Shown piece after piece: positions 57,135 through 64,000 of a stretch of DNA of 64,000 nucleotides (position 1 is the stretch's first letter; every line of letters begins with the position of its first letter). Origin of the DNA: Candidatus Aenigmatarchaeota archaeon (GTDB lineage Archaea > Aenigmatarchaeota > Aenigmatarchaeia > Aenigmatarchaeales > JACQIB01); assembly GCA_016198755.1 (NCBI GenBank), contig JACQIB010000001.1, positions 64,001-128,000 on the forward strand. Direction: 5' to 3'. Under the pieces are notes generated by a model. The model ran no database searches and had not been told where the DNA came from. It saw only the letters and a list, made by a program, of their open reading frames with translations. Position numbers and translations under genes: made by a program.

Positions 57135-58352
57135 ATGATAGACGTTTATACAATATCTGTTATTTTATTTTTCGCTTTGCTTGCAGTTGTTATTTACATA
57201 AAGAGGAAGAACGTGGATACAAAGTTTGTTCTCAAGGTCCTGCCTTACTTTATGTGGAGAACTAAGAGGTTCAGGGACAGGGTTGATCAGATAGCTCAGG
57301 CAGCTCCAAGATTCTGGAAAGTTTTTTATTCAGCTGGGGCAGTTGTCGCAGTTGTTTTAATGGTTTTTGGGTTTTTCATGATATTAAACTCAAACTATCT
57401 GGTTTTCTCAGGCAAAATTACACAGCCAGCCCTCCAAATACTTCTTCCAACCCCCTCCACATCAGTCTCAACAGGCCCCGGATTTATTCTAATACCATTC
57501 TGGTTCTGGATAATTGCAATAGGTACAATATTAATCCCGCACGAGCTTTCCCATGGAATTGCAGCGAGAGCTGAAAAGATCCCCCTCAAATCAGTGGGCT
57601 TGCTCCTTTTCTTAATTTTTCCGGGTGCTTTCGTTGAGCCAGATGAGGCAAAATTAAAGCGTGCAAAGCTCTCAACTAGACTCAGGGTTTTTGCTGCAGG
57701 TTCTTTCACAAATATACTTACTTTTTCTATTATTCTGCTTATAGGAACATTTTTCTTGTTTCCATCAGCTGCTCATGGAGGCACTGTTATAACATCTGTT
57801 TTCCCTGGATCACCGGCTGATAACTCTGGTTTGAAAACCGGAGATACAATAGAAAAGTTTGATGGAAAGGATGCAAAAGTATCTTTCTTTGACTATTCAA
57901 TGTCATATCTCCTATTAATGAAAAATGGAACATCAGAAGGGCAGCTTCAGAGACTTGGAGGTTTACAAACTATTTCAGCACTTTCAAAGCACAAGCCAGG
58001 GGAGACGCTGAATATAGTTGTCAACGGGCAGGAAAAACAAGTTGTCCTTGGGGAAAACACAGAGCTGAAAGGATTCCCGTATATTGGCATATCAACTGAG
58101 CTGAAAACAGAAAATAAAGCTGCCTTCGAAGTTGTTCTTCCCATACTGGCTTTAGTAGCGCTATTAAACCTGTTCGTAGGCATAGTAAATATTTTACCTC
58201 TCTATCCTTTGGATGGTGGATTGTTCTTCCAAGCTCTGGCACAAAAATTCCTACCCAAGCGCTCAGAGGAAATTGTAAAAGGATTGTCCTATGTTATTTT
58301 GTTCCTGATAATAGCCTCAGTTGTGGGCCCCTATATCTTTGCAGCAGCCTAA
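57135..58352 (+). CDS. site-2 (M50) protease with PDZ domain
   Basis: HELSH, GAFVEPD, NILPLYPLDGG. Confidence 0.93.
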   Translation: MIDVYTISVILFFALLAVVIYIKRKNVDTKFVLKVLPYFMWRTKRFRDRVDQIAQAAPRFWKVFYSAGAVVAVVLMVFGFFMILNSNYLVFSGKITQPALQILLPTPSTSVSTGPGFILIPFWFWIIAIGTILIPHELSHGIAARAEKIPLKSVGLLLFLIFPGAFVEPDEAKLKRAKLSTRLRVFAAGSFTNILTFSIILLIGTFFLFPSAAHGGTVITSVFPGSPADNSGLKTGDTIEKFDGKDAKVSFFDYSMSYLLLMKNGTSEGQLQRLGGLQTISALSKHKPGETLNIVVNGQEKQVVLGENTELKGFPYIGISTELKTENKAAFEVVLPILALVALLNLFVGIVNILPLYPLDGGLFFQALAQKFLPKRSEEIVKGLSYVILFLIIASVVGPYIFAAA

Positions 58353-58747
58353 AGAACGCGCAAAGAGCGCAGCTCAGAGTTTCTTGACAGAATTTCATTC
58401 AGAACTTTAATGTTAGTCCCGCTCTTTCCTATAACAGCACCCTTATCCTTCTCCCCAACTCTCACTTCAACTTCCTCCCCGTTAATTCTGATTTGCTTTG
58501 CCTGCGGTATAAGGTTTTTAACAAATTGCTTCTGGTCTTCAGCCCATTCAAAAATCCTTATATTAGTTTTCAGCATAGTTTGAGCAGCTTTTATTGTTTT
58601 TCCCCCTTTACCTATAGCTTGCCCAGTTTTTCCCGGATTAACAACAAAGTATATCATATCGTTCTTTATACAGTCCCTTACATCAGCTTTTGTAATGGCT
58701 TCAAAAGTATTTATGAGCTGTATTATATCATTGTCAAACTCTCTCAT
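58349..58747 (-). CDS. nusA: archaeal NusA
   Basis: Two KH motifs AIGKGG, VIGKSG; RNAP operon position. Confidence 0.92.
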   Translation of the reverse strand: MREFDNDIIQLINTFEAITKADVRDCIKNDMIYFVVNPGKTGQAIGKGGKTIKAAQTMLKTNIRIFEWAEDQKQFVKNLIPQAKQIRINGEEVEVRVGEKDKGAVIGKSGTNIKVLNEILSRNSELRSLRVL

Positions 58748-59019
58748 GCTCTTCCCTTCTTCTCTGGAACAAGTATACCAATAGCTGCAATTGGGAAAGG
58801 CTTACCGCAAAAAACCCCCAATCCCTTCCCAGTGTCAGAAAATGTTTCTACTGGTACAGCTCCAGCCCCTGATTCTATTTTTCCCCTCAGTTCAGCTGGG
58901 CAGTTCTTTGCAAGTACAACACTCTTTAATTTTCCTGCTTTCAAAAGCTTTACAACTCTGCGCGAACCCAAAATTATACTTTTGGTTGCCAGTGCATCCT
59001 TTATATCAACTTCACTCAT
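58744..59019 (-). CDS. rpl30e: 50S ribosomal protein L30e
   Basis: ILG...V, AKNCP, LG..CGKPF. Confidence 0.92.
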   Translation of the reverse strand: MSEVDIKDALATKSIILGSRRVVKLLKAGKLKSVVLAKNCPAELRGKIESGAGAVPVETFSDTGKGLGVFCGKPFPIAAIGILVPEKKGRA

Positions 59020-59050
59020 TTTAACCAACCAATTTACTATACTTATAGGC

Positions 59051-59242
59051 TTAAATCCTTTTTAAAACCGTTGCAGAGACAGTGTAAAAAATAGGAGCTA
59101 GAAGCAATGATGATAATACAGACTCGCTGAGAGGAGAGGGAGAGACAGCTGAAGTGGCTGTGTAAATTCCAATAAAGAACAAAACCTCTATGGAAACAAA
59201 GAGCAGAACATTCTTCAAGTTAGGCCTAAGATAGTCTCTCAT
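59051..59242 (-). CDS. small membrane protein inside the RNAP operon
   Basis: 63 aa, two TM helices. Confidence 0.5.
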   Translation of the reverse strand: MRDYLRPNLKNVLLFVSIEVLFFIGIYTATSAVSPSPLSESVLSSLLLAPIFYTVSATVLKRI

Positions 59243-59245
59243 TTT

Positions 59246-60400
59246 TTATTCCTTCTTTTTCAGCGGAGGCTTAAAGACAATATCAAACATTCCTGTACCT
59301 GCAGGTACAACTTGGTTTATCATAACATTCTCCACAATACTCTCCAGAGTGTCTATCTCGTTGTAAACAGAAGCTTTTGTAAGGTGTTTCATTGTCTCTT
59401 CGAAGTTTGCCCTAGCTAAAACAGACCCCTTTGTTCCTGCAATTCCATACCTTCCAACGGCTTTTATAGTTCCCCCAGCAGTCATCACATCAGCTACAAG
59501 CAATACATGCCTTACATCCACATCTTCCAGTCCCTGTTCTTTCAGCGTAAGCAAAACCTCATTTACAATCGAAGCGCGCGCAGCTTCTATTCCAAGAACC
59601 TTTGCAACTTCATGTATATTGTTTGTCAGTGTCCTTGCAGAGTCTATTCCGTCCAGTTCCAGTATTTTTGCAAGGTTGCTTCCAAGCGTGTTTATAATCC
59701 ATCCTTCATCCTTCTGGTTTATAACAACATTCTCAATGCTTTTTACACCATGTACATGGGAATCTAAAAATTTGCTCCTTAGTTTTTGCAACTCTTTAAC
59801 AGTTGCATCATCTTTGGGTTTTATTGTAACTTTGTTCCCGCGCTGGTGCAAAACATAATTTTTGAAATCCAGTTTCAGTTGTTCTACCATTTCCTCCTCC
59901 TTTATCTTATGTTTCCTCATCAATTTCTCATCAAGAACAACTTCTACCTGCATGTTACCCAAATCCACGAATGAAGAGGTTGCTATATTTCCCAGCTTAA
60001 CTTCAGTAATGCTTTCTGCAATTTCCATAGCCTTTTCCCTTGTGTTATATGAAGGCTTTAAGTAAATTGTCATTGCAGGCGTAGAAGGCGCACGGCGTGC
60101 ATCAAAAATCTCAACCAATCTTGGAAGTCCAAGAGTAACCTGTATCTGCATTGCTCCTGCCATGTGGTAAGTTCTCATGGTCATTTGAGTTGAAGGTTCA
60201 GAAAGGCTCTGTGCTGCAATAACTCCAAATGCCTCTCCAGCTTCAAATTTGCTTTTAACATAAAGATCTGCAATTTTTATTATAGCTTTCTTTTTCTGCC
60301 CCTCTGTAAGGTCAGACTTTTTCAAAGCTTCTTTTGATTTTTCAAAAAGTTTTTCAGGCAAAAGTTCTTTCAATTGTTCAAGTGTTTCTACTTCTCCCAT
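59246..60400 (-). CDS. rpoA2: RNA polymerase subunit A''
   Basis: AAQSLSEPSTQMTMRT.H, GLPRL.EI, SVLARA.FE. Confidence 0.96.
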   Translation of the reverse strand: MGEVETLEQLKELLPEKLFEKSKEALKKSDLTEGQKKKAIIKIADLYVKSKFEAGEAFGVIAAQSLSEPSTQMTMRTYHMAGAMQIQVTLGLPRLVEIFDARRAPSTPAMTIYLKPSYNTREKAMEIAESITEVKLGNIATSSFVDLGNMQVEVVLDEKLMRKHKIKEEEMVEQLKLDFKNYVLHQRGNKVTIKPKDDATVKELQKLRSKFLDSHVHGVKSIENVVINQKDEGWIINTLGSNLAKILELDGIDSARTLTNNIHEVAKVLGIEAARASIVNEVLLTLKEQGLEDVDVRHVLLVADVMTAGGTIKAVGRYGIAGTKGSVLARANFEETMKHLTKASVYNEIDTLESIVENVMINQVVPAGTGMFDIVFKPPLKKKE

Positions 60401-62872
60401 TTATTTCACGCTCCTTATGATAGAGTTTACATCAATAGTTCCCCAATCAGATTTGTGCGGATCAATAAAGTCTTCCCCGGGCACAAACTGTATTATTATC
60501 TTGTTGTTGTCCCTCACAGTTCCATCATACTCTATTTTCAAGTCCTGCAAAGCATTCATCAGCCTTCTTTCCAGATAACCTGAATGCCTTGTCCTAAGTG
60601 ATTTATCCATGAGTCCTTCTCTTCCACTTAAAACATCAAAGAAAAATTCAACCGGAGTCAGTCCGGACTTAAATGAATTTGAAACAAATCCATGAGCCAA
60701 CGGTGTTAAATCACCAACTAAAAAGTGAGACAGAGTTCTGCCGCGGAAACCGCGCTGTATTCTCTCTCCTAGAACTCTTTCCTGCCCTACACATCCAATC
60801 AGCTGTGTCATGTGAGTTATGGAACCTCGCGCACCGCTTCTGGCCATGATTATGGCTCCGTTAAATCCTAATCCAGCTGAAACAATAGAACCTATATTGT
60901 CAGTTACCTTTACAAGCAGCTTTATCATGTTAGCTTCAAAGCTCTCTTTCATTGTTCTTCCTGGTAGAAGTTCTATATTTCCCTTTGCATAAGTTTCTAT
61001 AAGTTCATTTGAAGTTCTGTCCCCGTGCTCAAGCTCAAGTTTTATTTTCTTCTTTGATTCATCTGAAATATCCACATCATCCAGACCAACTGTAAATCCA
61101 ACTTTCTCAAACCATTTAATCCCCAGCAAAGAAACCCTGTCAATAAATATGTGTGCAGCCTCATCCCCAAACTCTCTCTGTATCCTGTCTATAATCTTCC
61201 CAGCTTCCCTTCCTATGGCATTTTTGTCTATTACCCCCTTTTTCAAAACTCCATTCTCTATAACAACAAAACTATCATGCTTGCATGTTTCAGCAGTGCA
61301 TTTTTCACATCCAGGTTTCATTGACTTAATCTTAAAGCTCATGTTAAGTCCCTTTGGAAGAATATGGCTGAAAAGTTCCTTTCCAGTGAATGTTTTCTTT
61401 TCAGGCAGATCAGGCTCAACTCCAATCTCAGCTAAAATTCTGAAAGCATCCTCCCTGTTCATTTCAGTTCCTTCCATTGTAAGTGTGTAGTTGCCTGAAA
61501 CGTGATCATGCTCACATCCAATGATAGGCCCTCCAAACCTTGGTGATCTTATATGTTTTGATGCATCCATCAGCATCATTGCCTCAGCTCTGGCTTCTTC
61601 AGTCTGTAAAACGTGCAGATTCATTTCATCTCCATCGAAGTCTGCGTTATATGGAGGAGTAACAGCAAGATTCATTGTGAATGTTCTCCATGGCGTTACT
61701 CTTACTCTGTGGGCCATTATAGACATCCTGTGCAGAGATGGCTGGCGGTTGAAAAGAACAACATCCCCATTCTGCAAATGTCTCTCTATGCTATAACCAA
61801 TACCAACTTCCTTCAGTATTTCCTCTTTATTTTCATCTGTTATTTTCCTTCTCTTCCCATCTGGCCTTACTATATAGTTTGCAGAAGGCCACCTAGGTGA
61901 AATTTGTATAACTTTCTTTATCTCTTCTATGTTATTTGGTGTAACAGCAACAGGTATTGTAAGCTCTTTTGCAATAACAAGCGGAACCCCAACTTCGTTT
62001 ATGCTTATATACGGATCAGGACTGATAACAGTTCTTGCAGAATAATTAACTCTCTTTCCTGCTAGGTTCTGTCTGAACCTTCCTTCTTTTGATCTTAATC
62101 TGTCAGCCAATGTTTTAAGCGGCCTTCCGGAGCGGTGGCGTGCAGCTGGTATGCCTGCCAGCTCATTATCAAAGTAAGTTGCAGTGTGATATTGCAGAAG
62201 TTCCCATAAATCCTCTATTATGAAATCCGGAGCTCCAATCTCGATATTTTCCCTAAGCCTGTGGTTAATCCTTATAATGTCCACTAATTTATGTGTTAAA
62301 TCATCTTCAGACCTCTCACCTGTTTCAAGAGTTATTGAAGGCCTTGTTATTACGGGAGGTATAGGGAATATTGTAAGTATAAGCCATTCTGGCCTTCCGC
62401 CCAAAAAGTTAAAGTTAGGCAAATCTTCCTGCGGTATTCTCTCAAATCTTTCCCTTATCTGAAGAGGCGTGAGTATTTTCTCCCCCTCATTATAACTGTA
62501 GGGTTTTTCAAATTTAACATCCTTCTGTTCTGCCCCGCAGTAAGAGCATTTCTTAGCAGTTCCAATATGCCTGCTGCAGCTTCCGCATATACTTTTTAAA
62601 ATTTTATGAACCAGTTTAGCATAAAGAACATGGATAATGGGCCTTACCAATTCTATGTTTCCAAAGTGACCATAGCACTGCCCTATAGTCTGATTGCAAG
62701 TTCTACATCTCAATCCAGGATCTATAACTCCTAGTCTAGGATCCATTACGCCCCCTTCCATTGGGAAACCATCATTATCATATAGCTCAGCTTTCACTAT
62801 TTCCACAACTGAGAGTTTCTTTACCATCTGCGGTGAAAGCAGCTTGAATTCTATTTTGTTTATCATGCTCAT
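60401..62872 (-). CDS. rpoA1: RNA polymerase subunit A'
   Basis: YNADFDGDEMN, FNRQPSLH, GKRVNYSAR. Confidence 0.98.
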   Translation of the reverse strand: MSMINKIEFKLLSPQMVKKLSVVEIVKAELYDNDGFPMEGGVMDPRLGVIDPGLRCRTCNQTIGQCYGHFGNIELVRPIIHVLYAKLVHKILKSICGSCSRHIGTAKKCSYCGAEQKDVKFEKPYSYNEGEKILTPLQIRERFERIPQEDLPNFNFLGGRPEWLILTIFPIPPVITRPSITLETGERSEDDLTHKLVDIIRINHRLRENIEIGAPDFIIEDLWELLQYHTATYFDNELAGIPAARHRSGRPLKTLADRLRSKEGRFRQNLAGKRVNYSARTVISPDPYISINEVGVPLVIAKELTIPVAVTPNNIEEIKKVIQISPRWPSANYIVRPDGKRRKITDENKEEILKEVGIGYSIERHLQNGDVVLFNRQPSLHRMSIMAHRVRVTPWRTFTMNLAVTPPYNADFDGDEMNLHVLQTEEARAEAMMLMDASKHIRSPRFGGPIIGCEHDHVSGNYTLTMEGTEMNREDAFRILAEIGVEPDLPEKKTFTGKELFSHILPKGLNMSFKIKSMKPGCEKCTAETCKHDSFVVIENGVLKKGVIDKNAIGREAGKIIDRIQREFGDEAAHIFIDRVSLLGIKWFEKVGFTVGLDDVDISDESKKKIKLELEHGDRTSNELIETYAKGNIELLPGRTMKESFEANMIKLLVKVTDNIGSIVSAGLGFNGAIIMARSGARGSITHMTQLIGCVGQERVLGERIQRGFRGRTLSHFLVGDLTPLAHGFVSNSFKSGLTPVEFFFDVLSGREGLMDKSLRTRHSGYLERRLMNALQDLKIEYDGTVRDNNKIIIQFVPGEDFIDPHKSDWGTIDVNSIIRSVK

Positions 62873-62873
62873 T

Positions 62874-64000
62874 TTATTCCCCTACATCCAGCTTTGGATA
62901 TATTATCATTGATTTTAGTTCATCCAAGAGCAGCTTGAAAGCATAACTCATATCCACATTAACAACTTCATTATCCTTGCACATCGGACAGGTGTATATT
63001 GATGTGGCTTTGTCAAATACAGCTGTCACTCCGCATTTTTTGCAAATAGGAACACTCACTTTATCCGAATCAAACCTTTCCTTCAGGGTTAAAACAGCAC
63101 CGTGTGCAATAAGGCAGTCTTTTTCCATTTCCCCCAGCCTCAACCCTCCTTCTTTTGCCTTTCCTTCAGTTGGCTGCCTTGTTAAAAGTGTAACAGGACC
63201 GCGTGAACGTGCCTGTAATTTGTTTGCAACCATGTGGTCAAGTTTCTGGTAAAAGTTCACACCAACAAAAATCTCAACTTCATACTTTTCCCCAGTCATA
63301 CCATTATACATAGTTTCCTTTCCATCACTTCTGAACCCTAAATTCAAAAGCATGTCTCTTATGCTTTTTTCTGTTGGAGAGGAAAATGGTGTAGCATCTA
63401 TTTTACCTCCGTTCAATGCGGCTGTCTTTCCTGAAAGCATTTCCAGCAGCTGTCCAACTGTTTGTCTGGAAGGTATAGAGTGCGGGTTGAAAATAACATC
63501 AGGAACATATCCTGAAGCTGTGAACGGCATATCCTCCTCATTAGCCAATAGTCCAACAATTGATTTTTGTCCGTGCCTGCTTGCAAACTTGTCACCAACC
63601 TCAGGAACCCTAAGATCCCTTACACAAATTTTCAAAAGCTTATTTCCGTTTATTGTTTCAGTTGCAAAAACTCTGTCCACAACTCCCCTCTCAGACGGTC
63701 TCATTGTTATTGAGCTTTCTCTCATGTTTGCAATCCCGCCCATAAGCTCGTTCGCACTCAAGAATCTCATTGGAGAAATTTTACCCATTATAACATCCCC
63801 GCCGAAAACAGGTTCTTCAGGAGCTAAAACTCCATCCTCATTCAATTTTGCATATTCTTCCTCTGCTTTGTACCCTCTTACATCCTTCTCAGGCACACCA
63901 ATCTTATCCTCCTGTCCTCCCCAGTATCTCCTCTCCTCACCAGTGTAAATTCTGTAAAATACAGACCTGAACAACCCCCTCTCTATGGAAGATTTGTTCA
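62874..64000 (-). CDS. rpoB: RNA polymerase subunit B/B' (5' partial)
   Basis: GDKFASRHGQK, RQPTEG...GGLRLGEME. Confidence 0.97.
   Translation of the reverse strand, partial: NKSSIERGLFRSVFYRIYTGEERRYWGGQEDKIGVPEKDVRGYKAEEEYAKLNEDGVLAPEEPVFGGDVIMGKISPMRFLSANELMGGIANMRESSITMRPSERGVVDRVFATETINGNKLLKICVRDLRVPEVGDKFASRHGQKSIVGLLANEEDMPFTASGYVPDVIFNPHSIPSRQTVGQLLEMLSGKTAALNGGKIDATPFSSPTEKSIRDMLLNLGFRSDGKETMYNGMTGEKYEVEIFVGVNFYQKLDHMVANKLQARSRGPVTLLTRQPTEGKAKEGGLRLGEMEKDCLIAHGAVLTLKERFDSDKVSVPICKKCGVTAVFDKATSIYTCPMCKDNEVVNVDMSYAFKLLLDELKSMIIYPKLDVGE

Overview
Archaeal chromosomal window, most consistent with a small-genome DPANN lineage (Aenigmarchaeota-like; taxonomy is inferred). It contains a mevalonate/isoprenoid cluster followed by a bacterial-type G3P dehydrogenase, RNase P RNA, a VapBC pair, an uncharacterised MNT-HEPN/TIM-barrel cluster, TFB, solo Cas4, a histone, many translation, tRNA-processing and SRP genes, class I LysRS and the end of the RNA polymerase operon. 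Five of six tRNA genes carry introns (8 in total), including non-canonical T-arm introns at 53/54 and 59/60. The main finding is in uppS (cis-prenyltransferase). A 13-nt insertion sits inside its catalytic DGNRR motif and folds as a relaxed bulge-helix-bulge; excising it at the BHB-predicted sites restores an intact 232-aa ORF, so it is a candidate mRNA micro-intron. A free-standing AT-rich LAGLIDADG endonuclease gene lies immediately upstream and overlaps the uppS start, suggesting a paired endonuclease/protective micro-intron homing system. All calls come from motif recognition by eye; no searches were run.
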